From a virus: DNA of 64,000 nucleotides. The translations under genes and the position numbers were made by a program. Each line of letters begins with the position of its first letter. Position 1 is the first letter of the stretch. The DNA lies in IMG/VR virus record IMGVR_UViG_3300045988_123324, positions 1-64,000 of that record; one strand, 5' to 3'. Positions 25,902-38,400 of this stretch are shown in pieces. The notes beneath the pieces were generated by a model. That model had not been told where the DNA came from and ran no database searches. It saw nothing but the letters and a program-made list of their open reading frames with translations.

Positions 25902-27210
25902 CTTCTTTCTTCTCTTTCATCTTCCGTGCTTCTGCTCTCTTCTTTTTCTTTTCTTCCTCGGTCAATATCTCTGGATCATTCACTTCTCGCACAGAGAACT
26001 GAACTTCTGCAACAATATTTGATTCGTAGTTTAACTGTATTGCATCATCATTGAATCTAACACAATTAAAATAGGAGCACATCAATATGTCCTCTTTCTT
26101 CGCATTAAACCCTACGGCACTATCAAAAATTAACTTACCATAAGTTATATCGTCCTTTAATTTTTCATACGTATATGATTCAATCTTTAATATGTATGAC
26201 TTAAAGTCTTTTGTAAAGATTACAAGATATTTCTTTCTTGTGTTGGATAAATAAAACTTATACATTTTGTTGTATGTTGTGTATATTGCATTATCAGACG
26301 CTTCTACATCTCTGTCTATTTGAAAATCATTTACCCATGTTGGCATATAAAAACTCTTATACATCCCGCACATACGTCTAAAAAACTTCTTAAAGTTTGC
26401 TATCTGCTCATGACACATAAGATAGATGTCATAGGTATGTATATCATAGCTGTTACAGTTGATAAGGTCATATGTAAATATTCCTGTTGCATTATCTAAT
26501 CTAGCAACACCTTTATCAACAGTCAAGCCAACTGATGAATCATCTATCCATTGTGGATTATTAAAAAACACTTCTTTTCCATTGAATGTCTGTGGTAGTT
26601 TAAATGTATTATAGTGCTTGATATTCTCTTGATATTCAAACTCATCTTTGTAAGGAAGTTGTGTCTTTACTGATTCATTAAGATCCTCAAAAGATAATCC
26701 AACTTCTGTACCATTACTATATATGTATTGAAGTCCTGCATTTGGCTGTACGGAACATTTCTTTAGACCAAAAATCCATGTATTTTCTTTGAGTAGCGGT
26801 CTTGGTATCTTTTTGATGAGCATTATCTTTTCGTCATCATATCTTTTTACTTGTTTAACAATATTTATTCCTGTCTGGTTTACATCATCTCTCACAAATA
26901 TTTCTATATACTCGCAGTCAAGAAGATTATAAATGTATTTTGTATCTATGTATAATGCCTTGCCATTCTTGATAAAATCCTCTTTTAGATATACTGGTTG
27001 ATGCCACATTGGTATGTAATAAACGTCTGTGTGTCTCATTCGCAATATCCCTCTTAGATATTGTGCCTGATATGTGTCCATAGCCGAATAATCATAAGTG
27101 AGATAATGTCTAGGAACCTGTCTTGTCTTTATCCTTTGCTCGTCTCCATTATACATTTTTATTATATCTGTTTTGTATTCAAACTTTTCAGTGATTTTTG
27201 TATTAGACAT
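25885..27210 (-). CDS. tail tip/distal tail protein (lambda gpM / GTA g12 DUF2460-like position)
   Basis: N-terminal KTDIIKMYNGDEQRIKTRQVPRHYLTYDY resembles T.i....G.EQR......R.y.y of DUF2460 proteins. Synteny with the gpL-like gene. Confidence 0.4.
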   Translation of the reverse strand: MSNTKITEKFEYKTDIIKMYNGDEQRIKTRQVPRHYLTYDYSAMDTYQAQYLRGILRMRHTDVYYIPMWHQPVYLKEDFIKNGKALYIDTKYIYNLLDCEYIEIFVRDDVNQTGINIVKQVKRYDDEKIMLIKKIPRPLLKENTWIFGLKKCSVQPNAGLQYIYSNGTEVGLSFEDLNESVKTQLPYKDEFEYQENIKHYNTFKLPQTFNGKEVFFNNPQWIDDSSVGLTVDKGVARLDNATGIFTYDLINCNSYDIHTYDIYLMCHEQIANFKKFFRRMCGMYKSFYMPTWVNDFQIDRDVEASDNAIYTTYNKMYKFYLSNTRKKYLVIFTKDFKSYILKIESYTYEKLKDDITYGKLIFDSAVGFNAKKEDILMCSYFNCVRFNDDAIQLNYESNIVAEVQFSVREVNDPEILTEEEKKKKRAEARKMKEKKEGAGSV

Positions 27211-27222
27211 TAACTCACCTCC

Positions 27223-28167
27223 TTAATAAGCCCAGTTCGGTGACAAGTCGAGAAATTCTGGAAGCAGCTCATTTTCTTCCTCGTCTCTCTTTAGTGTTAA
27301 GAATTTATATACTCCCCAAATTAACCACGGTTCATATACAGGTCTGTTGTTTAAGAACTCATCTTGACGCAATATTGGACATAGCCACGGGAATAGCGTT
27401 ATTGACAGTAGTGGCAACAGTATGTGGAACTGTAGTGCCTTGCCTTTGAATATCTGCTTATTATGTTTTGCGTCAACCGCTCTTATACTATGTCCGTATA
27501 ATTTATTTATTTCTGGTGAATATTCTTCATTTCTCGGCAGTCTCCATACTTGACCTACATTATATATTTCAGAAATAACAAGATTCTTTTTAACTGTGTA
27601 GGTCTTAAATCTTGTAGGTGCATAAGGTATAATGCTTCTTCTGACTTGATAATTATGCTTATCATCAATACTATATTTATCTCTTTTTTCTGCAACAACA
27701 ATGTTCATTATTGGAGATTCGCCATAGTTCTTCTTTTTTAGTTTTGCAGGAATTAAAAATGTTCCTTTTAATGCTCTTGCATCTATTATTATAATAAACT
27801 GATGGCTCTTATGCACCTTAAAATCTATGTGCATATCTGCTATACTTTTTACATTAGGTACATTATAGACCACTGTCCCATGTTCATCATATATCTTAAA
27901 CTCATGCCTACTTGCGTGGTATATGTACTTATATCCATTGATTAGTGTCCACACTCTTTGTCCGTCTGGTTTACCATATTTTAGATTTAATAAAAACCAT
28001 ACTTTTAGTGGTATCTGATCTCCATGTAATGTCCTTATTCCATGATCTAGCACATCACAGTCTTGAACAAATATTCCATTAAAGTATGGTTTTGCGAACC
28101 AAATCAATTCATCTGTTGATGGCATGAGTGACTGAGTAATGTCTAGTATACACGCCTTTGTACCCAT
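27223..28167 (-). CDS. hypothetical protein, last gene of the paralogue block
   Basis: ORF track; ATG; no recognisable motifs. Confidence 0.55.
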   Translation of the reverse strand: MGTKACILDITQSLMPSTDELIWFAKPYFNGIFVQDCDVLDHGIRTLHGDQIPLKVWFLLNLKYGKPDGQRVWTLINGYKYIYHASRHEFKIYDEHGTVVYNVPNVKSIADMHIDFKVHKSHQFIIIIDARALKGTFLIPAKLKKKNYGESPIMNIVVAEKRDKYSIDDKHNYQVRRSIIPYAPTRFKTYTVKKNLVISEIYNVGQVWRLPRNEEYSPEINKLYGHSIRAVDAKHNKQIFKGKALQFHILLPLLSITLFPWLCPILRQDEFLNNRPVYEPWLIWGVYKFLTLKRDEEENELLPEFLDLSPNWAY

Positions 28168-28170
28168 AGA

Positions 28171-29508
28171 TTACACCCCATAGGTTCTTGTTGTATCTGT
28201 TGTTATATCTCCTGCAAAGCTATCGGAATCATCCTCATTCTGTCGAATACTAATCGCATCATATCCAAATCTTCCACGTCTCATTGAGTGCGAGAATATC
28301 TGACATAGATCCCCCGACCTTGGATAACTCATTTCATACACGCCTGTTGACTGCATATTTAAGCTACAAGCAAAGTATACACCTGCTACTTGTCCTGCCC
28401 CAGCATAGTTATTAAGTATATCTGGATCTACTCTTACTGCCACATATATTGGCATATTTAGTGTTAAGCAGTTCAGTGTATTTATATCTCTTCCCCAATC
28501 AAGATTTCCATTTGACTGCAAGTCCTTATAATGTGGAATCTCACCATTTCCACCGCCTAGCACCCTTACTGGAAGTGACATTGGTTTCCCAGTTACATTA
28601 TCTGTTCCACTACTTGCCCACCTTACTTCTCCACGCTCTTTGTATGGTGCTTCATCAATATCTATTCTTAGGAATGTGTTTGAAATCTGTCCACTACTCA
28701 ATACTGGCAATATACTACCATCTGCTATGGCATGGAATGACGCATAATCCTTTCTTGGATGACCGTCCTTATCAAGAGGTAGTGGATTAGCCGAGTAATC
28801 ACGTTCAATCCTAAAAATATTTCCTGCCTCTTTCATTAGGTTCGGTACAGATGATCCACTGAAAAACATTCCACCTTCCCAAGAATCATATTTATATAGA
28901 TTACCAAACACTAGATGAACGCATCTATAATCATGTCCAACTCTCACATCACCGCCAATATTTTCTGCAACTACCGAAAATACAAGTGTGTCATTTGGCT
29001 TTAACACATTATTGCAATATAGCTTATACTTATTCTTGTTTACTATCTCTGGTGTGTCAGATTTAACAAGTGTCTGCTCCGTATCCTCTCTAGGGATGAC
29101 TGGAATCCACACTGCCTGTACTTCTTTATTTCTGAATTTTGTAGGTACTTGAAACTGATTATACCATCTCTGTTTCTTTGAATACCCCTCTCCTACTGTT
29201 GCACCTATCCCATAAAAGTTCTTGTGCTTATGCTCGTCCTCAATGGTGCTATCATCTATTGCATCCATATCTGCATCATCATTTAGCCCAAAAATATCTG
29301 TACCATTTGCACTTCTTAGATATATAAAATATGTATTAGTTCTATCCATAAATACGAACTTCTTGCCGTCCACTGAATCTCTCTTATATATGTTCGTATC
29401 ATCCTTCAAATCCTCTACTACGGAATACCCTCTTGATTTTATATATTCTACCATCTTGGCAAGAACTTCATTTGGATTTTTCAGATTCTCATAAACTACA
29501 TATGCCAA
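28171..29508 (-). CDS. paralogue-block protein (shared core family)
   Basis: Track ORF starts at 29550 (ATG, 38-nt overlap). The TTG at 29506-29508 behind GGGGGT fits the family N-terminus better. Shares the HLVFGNLYKY..GG and GVY...RRGRFGYDAISIRQNE motifs with its neighbours. Confidence 0.6.
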   Translation of the reverse strand: MAYVVYENLKNPNEVLAKMVEYIKSRGYSVVEDLKDDTNIYKRDSVDGKKFVFMDRTNTYFIYLRSANGTDIFGLNDDADMDAIDDSTIEDEHKHKNFYGIGATVGEGYSKKQRWYNQFQVPTKFRNKEVQAVWIPVIPREDTEQTLVKSDTPEIVNKNKYKLYCNNVLKPNDTLVFSVVAENIGGDVRVGHDYRCVHLVFGNLYKYDSWEGGMFFSGSSVPNLMKEAGNIFRIERDYSANPLPLDKDGHPRKDYASFHAIADGSILPVLSSGQISNTFLRIDIDEAPYKERGEVRWASSGTDNVTGKPMSLPVRVLGGGNGEIPHYKDLQSNGNLDWGRDINTLNCLTLNMPIYVAVRVDPDILNNYAGAGQVAGVYFACSLNMQSTGVYEMSYPRSGDLCQIFSHSMRRGRFGYDAISIRQNEDDSDSFAGDITTDTTRTYGV

Positions 29509-29512
29509 TTTA

Positions 29513-31183
29513 TTACCCCCTAACCCCGACAATGCTTGTAATCTTAACATCGCCGGTATCTGCTATTTTAAGCGTCCGATCTGTTTCTATAGTTACATTA
29601 TACACTAAATTAGCGTCTCCTGTCAAGTTTACTGACAGATTAGCTAAGAACGCATTTTCTAATTCTTCTGATGTTATTATGTGTTTTGTATTCTTATTTG
29701 TTGTGACAATAATTTTATCATATGACAATATTTTATCACTCAACATAATCAAATCCATGTCTATTAATGACAATATTTCCTGCTTTTTATAATACTCAAA
29801 CATTACTATTACTTGATTTTTGTTGAAAAACTTTCCCATTAAAATATACTTAGATACATTATTATTATCTCTCTCAACAATCACATCAAAATTATGCTTC
29901 CCAACACCAGATATTAAACTAACACAATCATTTTCCAGTATTGCGGATAATGTGTTTGTATCAAATGGTTGTCTTGTGACATAATATATTAATGGGAATC
30001 TTGTTGTTGTGTTGTCTAATGATGATAACAATTTATTATCATTTCTATGTCTATTATAATCATCTTCTGCTGAAAAATCTGATGTTGCATCCATCTTTGG
30101 TATACCACCTATAGAATAATACTTCTTACTTACTGGTGGATCATTTACTTTATATGTGCTGTTTGCACTATAAAAATCATCCTGTAACACAAACGATGTA
30201 TCTAACCTATTCTTCAAATACCTTCGTACACATCTTATAACCCCCCGCTTATATGGAACATTATACCATGTTAAATAATTCGTCTGTGTTTTTGCCATGT
30301 AGAAAAAATGAAATCTCTTATCATCTCTCCAATTCTTATCCATAGCCAACACCCTATTTGTTGCAACTAAAATATCATTACTGTCCAGATTTAATATATA
30401 TTTATGTTGGTATATAAACGTTGATGATTCAGTATAGAACTCCCTCTTTGGATTATTATAGAATATAGAAATAAATCCTTTATTCTTAACTATCAAAATA
30501 GAATCGCTACGACGCAATTCTCTGCTAAATATGAAGAATCTATATACAGCTATCATACCATTAAATATCTCTGGTTTATAGTTTGCACCAAACTCAAAAC
30601 ACTTTTCTAACTCTTTTTCATCCGCAACTATTTGTGGTACTGCATCTGATATACTAGCCCCATATTTCTGCTCTTGATACGTTTTTGTCTTATCATACTC
30701 AAATAATATATCATACCACAAATCATACTGCCTATCTCTATGTGAGTTGCATATTTCTATGTAAAGGTATGAGTTGGTTTTCTTGTCATACAGAACAACA
30801 TATTCCTCTATTATTCGATTTAAGACATCAACTATATTTGTGTCATTTCCTATTGCGTCTCCTGTCCTAGCATACTGAGACCTATCTGCCGCCACCATAT
30901 CTATATATGGTTTCTTTTTCGTACATGCTACAAACGTGGTTGAATCTTTTGGTGATGTATCGTCTGACTCTATATATAGTCTATCATCGTCTGGGTCATA
31001 TGGAAATTTAGTCCCACCATTTTTTGTTTTGTCAACCTTCCACTGTTGCGTTTCCTCCACAACTGTTAGTCCAAACTCAATCATGGCATCTTTTATTATT
31101 TTCAGTAACTTCTTTTTAACATCAAGTTCGTTGGAGAAGTCCATTATATTTTGTAGGTCACTGCTTGTGTATTCTATTTTCAT
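29513..31183 (-). CDS. paralogue-block protein (divergent member)
   Basis: ORF track; ATGA overlap with the upstream gene; weak similarity in N-terminal and C-terminal elements. Confidence 0.55.
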   Translation of the reverse strand: MKIEYTSSDLQNIMDFSNELDVKKKLLKIIKDAMIEFGLTVVEETQQWKVDKTKNGGTKFPYDPDDDRLYIESDDTSPKDSTTFVACTKKKPYIDMVAADRSQYARTGDAIGNDTNIVDVLNRIIEEYVVLYDKKTNSYLYIEICNSHRDRQYDLWYDILFEYDKTKTYQEQKYGASISDAVPQIVADEKELEKCFEFGANYKPEIFNGMIAVYRFFIFSRELRRSDSILIVKNKGFISIFYNNPKREFYTESSTFIYQHKYILNLDSNDILVATNRVLAMDKNWRDDKRFHFFYMAKTQTNYLTWYNVPYKRGVIRCVRRYLKNRLDTSFVLQDDFYSANSTYKVNDPPVSKKYYSIGGIPKMDATSDFSAEDDYNRHRNDNKLLSSLDNTTTRFPLIYYVTRQPFDTNTLSAILENDCVSLISGVGKHNFDVIVERDNNNVSKYILMGKFFNKNQVIVMFEYYKKQEILSLIDMDLIMLSDKILSYDKIIVTTNKNTKHIITSEELENAFLANLSVNLTGDANLVYNVTIETDRTLKIADTGDVKITSIVGVRG

Positions 31184-33447
31184 ACTAGAATCTCCCCCAA
31201 TCTTATGAGTGTTCTATATAGAATCTTATTCCGCTTTTCGTCCATTTTCTTCTTTTCATATTCCTCAACTGTATCAAGTGGTTTCCATTCTTCATTTACA
31301 ACTTCAAGGTGTACTTTATAGTGATAAAGTCTCTCATCCCACACGCAAGGTAGATTCAAATACATTCCATCATTAAATTCTATTAATCCAAGTGGCATTA
31401 AGTAATCATAATGTATATATACGTTTGGAACACTACCAAGAAAATAATGAGCCTTATCAACACCATTGGCAACAATAGATATATCATCCATCTGTATATT
31501 ATACTCTCTAGCTTCTTTCTTTATTGTGTTATACTTCTTTTTAGTATTAATAAAAAATCTTTTCTTTTGGCTCATTGGATTTTTAGTTATCATAAAATCT
31601 GGTGTAAAATTACTTGGCTTTGCTAATCTTGTTGCATATGTTGGTGATGGTGCTCTACATTCAGGATAACCCACTGTCTCTGCCCCCTGTGATAGTGTAT
31701 ATATGCTTCTCCATTTTGAATCCTCACACAACACTTTGAAATTACTCCACCTAGCATTATAAAACTGTGTTGGGTTCACAATATCTGAGTTTGACATAGC
31801 TATATTTTTAACATTTAGATCATACACGTTACCATCTGTATAGGTTATACCTCCTTCTGATTGATATACATATATATCATTAGCAAGTCCCGTTGCTCCT
31901 CCTGCCACATATAATGAATACCTTGTGTTGGTTTCTCTGTGTGACTGTTCAAATCTACCAAATGATATTGCTGAGAATATTTCTTTCTCTCCTGTGTCTG
32001 TTTTATCTAAGTGCATTACTATACTTGCTGATGTGTTATCACGCCTAACTATAAACTCTATTGGGCATTTTACATCATTTCTACTTTTGTATTGCTCCTT
32101 GTTTTCTTCTGATATTACAAACCAAGGACAACCAGTTCCATGAAAAACTGGTGGCGGTATCATCTGTACCTCATGACCTCCTGGTGGACACCACTGACGA
32201 ATTTTTAATAAGTTACAAAACTGTTTAACACCGTCATTTGCTGTCACCCATTCATCATATCCTGTCGCTCCAAAATATTCGCATGAAAATAGGTTCTCAC
32301 TAAATCCAAGAGAAACACTTACTGTTATAAACTCACCGCTATTCTTGAATAAGTTCCAATGAGTTCCATCATTACAATATTTAGACTCCCATCTCCATGA
32401 TCCATGTATATCACCAGTTTTATATGATTGCTTATTTTGCTTTCCGTCTAGTGGATATTTACCATGAGTTCCAAAATATTTTGCATAAATGGTATCATTC
32501 ATATTGCTTCCGACAAAATAATGATTGAATGTTATATAATAAGAATTTTTCTTTATTCCAAATAATTTCTCTATTACTTTTCTCTTTATTTTATCATATA
32601 TGAACTGTAAATATCTCTTTGTGTAGTTTTCAGTTTCTACATAATAATGTTCAAAATACTTCTGCGATAATGGCTCATCTTCATTAGTTTTATATAGCCA
32701 CCCATATTCTCGCTCTATCTGATCTCCTGTATATGTTCCCTCTACATGGCACTTAAACTTTATTATATTTATGTGCTTATAAATATATTCTGCAATATCA
32801 AATATCAACATCTCATAATCATTTTGTCTTAACTCATTTATATGTGAAGTAAAATCATTCAATGTATTTGGTACTGTAGTAACTACACAACACTTTATAT
32901 TATTTTCTGAACACAGAACATCAAGTTCTTTTAGCTTATCTCTTTTTGGCTCCGACGTATTACACACAAGGTAATCTATATCTTTATGTGCTTTTACATA
33001 ATCAATCACTTTATCTAGTGTATTTAGTTCTGTAGCCCCATTTGAATAGTCTCCAACAACGTCTATTTCTGCATTTGGGAATATATCTTTTATTTCATCC
33101 TTTACAGAATAATACTTTGTGACCGCCCACCTATTATCTAATTCTGTCATTATTCTATTATATTCTGGATTTCTATATAGAATATTTTCTGACATCAACC
33201 ACTTATCCCCAACTATTGCCACTTTAATGGCTTCTTTTCTTTGTGTTGGTGGTTCTAGTGGCACTTCATATGTACTACCATAAAAAGAGTGGAAGCGGTC
33301 ATCTACCTGCTCCCACTTCTGTAATTTATTCCCATGATCTTCTGAGGAATCAAACTTAAAGGTATCACCAATCACATAGGAGTTGGCGATATTAAAAAAG
33401 TATTTGTCAAATTCTGCAAAACTTGTCATTTTATTTATTGCATACAT
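31180..33447 (-). CDS. paralogue-block protein, close paralogue of 35495-39046
   Basis: Collinear matches: FHSFYGSTYEVPL / SFFGSTLKIPL; HGTGCPWFVISEENKEQY / PGTGCPWLTISNRNKSQY; LYVAGGATGLA / LYVAGGNQALV; FKVLCEDSKWRSIY / FRVLCYDGKWRDVF; VWDERLYHY / GWDERLWHY. Confidence 0.65.
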   Translation of the reverse strand: MYAINKMTSFAEFDKYFFNIANSYVIGDTFKFDSSEDHGNKLQKWEQVDDRFHSFYGSTYEVPLEPPTQRKEAIKVAIVGDKWLMSENILYRNPEYNRIMTELDNRWAVTKYYSVKDEIKDIFPNAEIDVVGDYSNGATELNTLDKVIDYVKAHKDIDYLVCNTSEPKRDKLKELDVLCSENNIKCCVVTTVPNTLNDFTSHINELRQNDYEMLIFDIAEYIYKHINIIKFKCHVEGTYTGDQIEREYGWLYKTNEDEPLSQKYFEHYYVETENYTKRYLQFIYDKIKRKVIEKLFGIKKNSYYITFNHYFVGSNMNDTIYAKYFGTHGKYPLDGKQNKQSYKTGDIHGSWRWESKYCNDGTHWNLFKNSGEFITVSVSLGFSENLFSCEYFGATGYDEWVTANDGVKQFCNLLKIRQWCPPGGHEVQMIPPPVFHGTGCPWFVISEENKEQYKSRNDVKCPIEFIVRRDNTSASIVMHLDKTDTGEKEIFSAISFGRFEQSHRETNTRYSLYVAGGATGLANDIYVYQSEGGITYTDGNVYDLNVKNIAMSNSDIVNPTQFYNARWSNFKVLCEDSKWRSIYTLSQGAETVGYPECRAPSPTYATRLAKPSNFTPDFMITKNPMSQKKRFFINTKKKYNTIKKEAREYNIQMDDISIVANGVDKAHYFLGSVPNVYIHYDYLMPLGLIEFNDGMYLNLPCVWDERLYHYKVHLEVVNEEWKPLDTVEEYEKKKMDEKRNKILYRTLIRLGEILV

Positions 33448-35493
33448 TTACATTATCTCCTCTCCTATGTAATATGCCAATCCATAATTATTTAGATAAC
33501 CATATCCATCATCTGTTTTTATTGGTGAATCTATATGATGAGCACCTGTAAACTGTATTTTTTCACTACACCACTTTTGATTTAGTGTCCACGGATTCTT
33601 TCTCTTGCCCAATGAAAAACAACCATGATACTCATTTACTGTCTCTCTAGGTGTTAATACTGCCAAACTACTCATATTAAACATACTACAAAAGTTTATA
33701 TCATTAGTCATTCCAATCTTACTGAATGTTCCAAAGGAATCATCTTTTGGATCATCTTTACCTTCATCCTTTAATCCTACTGGGTTTCTCCTAACATAGA
33801 ATATAGTAGGTAGTAACTCAGTGCTTGTGTTTGCTGTATTTATATCCGCATTACATTTTCCTGCACTTTTTGATATAGTCTGTGTTATAAACTTATTTTC
33901 ATTATAGTTTGGAACTTCTTGTGTAAATTGATATGATTCTAGATCTGGATTCCAAAACACACCAACACCATCTTCTGTTGTGTGTTTAGTTATTGATGTA
34001 AATAATGGCTCTGCACTAAAATTACAATTCATTGGAGATGATACATTCCCACCAAATTTTGTGTGTACGAGTGTGCCAGTCTTTCTCTTACTTGCATCAT
34101 ATCTAGGCAGGTGGTCATAGAAATTCGTCACAAACCATGTGCTTGTACCATGAACATCTACCATCTTCTTTGTTGCCATATTTAACATCTTTGTAGTCTT
34201 TTTATCCGAATCATCAACAATAACTTTTATTGCCCCCATTAGATAGTTATTATTTTCGTCTCCAAAAGAATCTATTGCCATTACATTAGTATTTATACTT
34301 ACTCCATCTATATCATCACTATCTGGCGCAATTTCAAGATTTACTATATTGTGTGTAAAATCTCCATGCCATAGCTTATGAATCTCTTTAAGCAACTCAT
34401 CTGATGGATGCTTTTTATCTTTCATCTTATCATATAAGTCTTTAATTTGCTTTTTCATTTGTTCTACGTCTTCTTTTATTGCATCCTCTAGTTGCTCATT
34501 TAGTGGTTTTGGTGGTGGTGCATATATATCTGGCTGTGTGTGATATGCTTCATCCATTTTCTGCTGCTTTGCTTTTTCCATGTAGTCTTTAGTTTTTTGT
34601 GTTATTGACTTCTTAAACTCGTCCATTATCTTATTAAGTGCATTTTTAAATTCTGAATCATCTTGTATAGGCTCATTAGCTTTTGCAAGTTCATACATCT
34701 TTATCAGATTCACTAACTTTTCTGCATCTTCTATTGCTTTATCGTATTCCTTAACTCTAACATTTCCAACACCTAAGTTAGTATATAATGGCGTAACATC
34801 ATCATATTCATCTAATCCGTATCCACTTCCATGAAAATTAGCCTTTTGTGCAAGTATAGCAAATCCACCTTTTATTAGCTTATCTTCTTGCTCAAAAAAT
34901 CCAAAAGTATAGTGGGTTGAAGTCTTTGGATACTCATTTGTTGTTAATATAAAAGAAAACAACCCACTATTATAATAACAGTCTAGGCATAGCACATTTT
35001 CATTTTTTGGAACATACAGAGAAAATGTCACCCTAACTGGAAATTTACCAGTAATTCTTCTCGGAACTTTCTTAAACTTTCTTATCTTTGATATACTTTT
35101 AGATATTTCATCCCTATAATATTCATCCGCAAATTCTTTATAATATAATCTAGTTTCTTTTATTATACTATATGCTTTACCATTTGCTTCTTCTACTTTA
35201 GCCCTTGCTTTTGCTGTCTCAACATCATCCAACTCATTAACCTTCATATCTATATGTTGATGTGAGTATATCATGTAGTCTTGTGCTTCCTCTCTTTTAT
35301 GTGGGCTATTAGTAAAATATGCGGAAGCACTTAATTCAGAATCAATATTGACCTTGACATACATTTCCTTTTCTGGATATTCAATTTTAAGAATACTACC
35401 AGAATCGATTATCTTCCTATCTGGTAGCATATCTTTTATAAACTGCTTTGCTTTTTCCTGCCAAGAATCAACATTCATATATCTTTTGTGCAT
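33448..35493 (-). CDS. paralogue-block protein (divergent member with long helical insert)
   Basis: ORF track. HYTFGFFEQ..GGFAIL and the C-terminal YGLAYYIGEE echo the family core and tail. Confidence 0.55.
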   Translation of the reverse strand: MHKRYMNVDSWQEKAKQFIKDMLPDRKIIDSGSILKIEYPEKEMYVKVNIDSELSASAYFTNSPHKREEAQDYMIYSHQHIDMKVNELDDVETAKARAKVEEANGKAYSIIKETRLYYKEFADEYYRDEISKSISKIRKFKKVPRRITGKFPVRVTFSLYVPKNENVLCLDCYYNSGLFSFILTTNEYPKTSTHYTFGFFEQEDKLIKGGFAILAQKANFHGSGYGLDEYDDVTPLYTNLGVGNVRVKEYDKAIEDAEKLVNLIKMYELAKANEPIQDDSEFKNALNKIMDEFKKSITQKTKDYMEKAKQQKMDEAYHTQPDIYAPPPKPLNEQLEDAIKEDVEQMKKQIKDLYDKMKDKKHPSDELLKEIHKLWHGDFTHNIVNLEIAPDSDDIDGVSINTNVMAIDSFGDENNNYLMGAIKVIVDDSDKKTTKMLNMATKKMVDVHGTSTWFVTNFYDHLPRYDASKRKTGTLVHTKFGGNVSSPMNCNFSAEPLFTSITKHTTEDGVGVFWNPDLESYQFTQEVPNYNENKFITQTISKSAGKCNADINTANTSTELLPTIFYVRRNPVGLKDEGKDDPKDDSFGTFSKIGMTNDINFCSMFNMSSLAVLTPRETVNEYHGCFSLGKRKNPWTLNQKWCSEKIQFTGAHHIDSPIKTDDGYGYLNNYGLAYYIGEEIM

Positions 35494-35494
35494 A

Positions 35495-38400
35495 TTATAC
35501 TATCAACTCCTTAAATGTTAATTCTGGATTTGCTTTACTGAATTTATCTATCTGCTCTTTCTTACAGTAGAACGGATAATGTTTCATATTTCCACTCATG
35601 TCTACTACGTGGAAAACTGTGTCTGAATATATATTAAACCTTATCTTATTATCCTTTTTAGGTTCTGGGAAGTGGTCTACATACAATAACTTTACTCTCT
35701 TACATAGATGTATTTGAACATCCCAATATTCTATATTGTGAACATCTAAATATACAGAATCTCTTACTCCCTTAAAATATATATTCTTGAATGTACTTTC
35801 ATATATGTGAATCCATGATTTTTTATCATCAACAATATTCTTCTCATAGAAATAAAAATCTGTCAAGTCATTTGGATCTTTTCTTTCGAGATTCGCTGTT
35901 CTCATTTTCCCGCCAAAGAAATCACTGCAAAAATCTTCTTTTAGTTTATTGGTCTCGCCAGTTCTCTGTAGAATCATCCACCATGTCTTGTCCTGATTTT
36001 CAAATATATCCTCAAACCTACCATTAAGTTGATAATTTACAAGACTACCTAGCCAATTACTTGATATAATCTTTTCTTCTTGACTATATCTTTCTTTCTC
36101 TCCATTTGATTCTCCTAATAATGGTTGATCTGGAACTACAAACTCTTTTCCTTCTGCATCCAGTTCAGTTTGAACTAATCCATCAATATTATACATCTGA
36201 CCTATATTTGGTTTATGATCTAAATCAAACTTTGGTCTTTCTACTGTATAATAAAAATCTGGATTTATCTTATAGTCAATTTCATCATTTTCTCTCGGAA
36301 CTGTTGCTCCATCTATACTCAAGCCACCACAAAACTTCATCACAGAGTCTACTATCTTCTTCTTATCAGTTAGCTTTTCTTTTTCGTCATATACAGGTAA
36401 TTCTTTTCTTACTGGCACTTCTGCAAAGAACTGAACAATTCCTTGATGTCTGTCTAAGTCTTCATGTAACTTAAATGTATTCTTATAACTATCATTATTC
36501 TCTGCATATATAGTGATTACATAATTTCCTTTATCTTGATATATGTGTCTCATTCGTGTTCTATATCTTCTCTTATTTACCCCATCACTATAATGTCTGT
36601 ATTCAGTTAGATTCTCCCACCCAGTGTAATACTGATACTCTGAGCCATCTCCCCAATCTACTAGTAATGTTCTTCCATCTGCATAGAATTGAAGTTCTGT
36701 TATCGTTGGATAATCAATAAACTCTATCTTATAATCTTTGGTATCGTCCCCAGTGTTGGAAATTCTTGTGATAATTTTCCGTGTTATTCCAACTGGTTTT
36801 TCTATGTGAATATATAATTCCATTAGTTTTCTTCTCTGTTCAGTATTTTCATTATCTTTTGTGATATTATTTTCTGCCCCTAAATCAAAATCTCTTATAT
36901 GTTCTACTTCACCAGTTTTTAATAACAGTTTAGTATTTATTTTATTTTCATTTCCCTCATAGTGATTTTCTCTATCATGATATGATTTATATGCTTGCTC
37001 GTTAGAAACCTGTGTGTTATAAACAGCACTATTTATTCCTGCCGCATTTTCTCCACCCCAATATATTCTTCCAACATACCAAGGATAATGCCACAGTCTC
37101 TCATCCCATCCATTAGGTACTAATACATATCTACTGTCTTTAGTCTCTAATTCTCCGCTCTCTTTATCAAAATCTGGAACTATGTAACAATTATCTATAA
37201 CGCCATGTATGTTGTGCTCGTCCTCACCTTCTTTTGGCTTTATAGATACCTCTACTGGATTCTTTAATAGGTGTCTATCCTTCAAATTATACTTTGGCTT
37301 ATTTGGTCTATACACCTCATCAAGATGTTGTTTTGGCTTATGTATGTGACTTGAATTACTATCTATATATGAGTGTTGATTTACTGGAACTCCCCATTGA
37401 TATATAGGTGCTCCGCATACATCAAAATATTTATACTCTGAATATGTCTGCTGCATACTAAACACATCTCGCCATTTACCATCATAACACAGCACTCTAA
37501 AATTAGACATATGTGATCCACCAAAATCTGTTGGATATGCTAAATTACTACTCGATAAGCATGGATTCTTCATGTCTAGCAAATATCTTAATCCGTTTAC
37601 GTGTAAATCTGGGGAAAAATAAACCCATACGTCTGGCACTAATGCTTGATTACCTCCTGCCACATACAGTGGTGGTATGGTTGAATATGTATCATATTTA
37701 AAGCATCCAAATACAAGTGTCTGCCAACAATCAGTATATATTCTACTCTTATCCATTATTCTGAACACTATAGTTGCACACTTATTAGACTTTGAAAAAT
37801 AATACTTTATCTTATTGTCTTTATCAATACCATACTGTGATTTATTTCTGTTTGATATGGTTAGCCAAGGGCATCCTGTTCCTGGATATTCTGGTATATC
37901 AAGTCTTTGATAAGGCGTTCCACCTCTAAAATCCCAAAATGGTAATAGGTTCATATGATTAGTTCCATCGTCTGCCTCTGCTTCACAGGTTATATTTCCT
38001 TGTTCTGTCATCCACAAATCTCTATCATAGGACATATGCAGTCCTACTGCAATCATTTCACCCGCATCATTAAACGCTTGTATACCATCTTTGCCGCGAA
38101 TAGATCTATTTCCAACACCTTCAACCTTGTTTATTTCTTCACTCATCACATCATGTTTTGTGCGGAAAAATTCTTCATAACTCCCACCAGTGATGTTTCT
38201 ATATTGAAATGATGTGTAATATACAGGTCTAAATGTTTTTAACATGATGTTCATGATTATGTCTATCTTTTTCATGAATCTGCTGAATGATTCTTTTCTT
38301 GGTCTATCTAGTACAGACTGTTCTTCCTCTTTTTCATTTCTATCCTTAAAGTGTTTCGGAACATCTTTCTCTCTCCAATAGATTGTAAAATTTGAAAAGA

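Noticed and set aside
30241-30246. C6/G6 run inside ORF 29513-31183 as a further phase-variation tract
   Set aside because: Six nucleotides is short for efficient slippage. The numerous C5 runs elsewhere are mostly GGGGG-type ribosome-binding sites on the minus strand.
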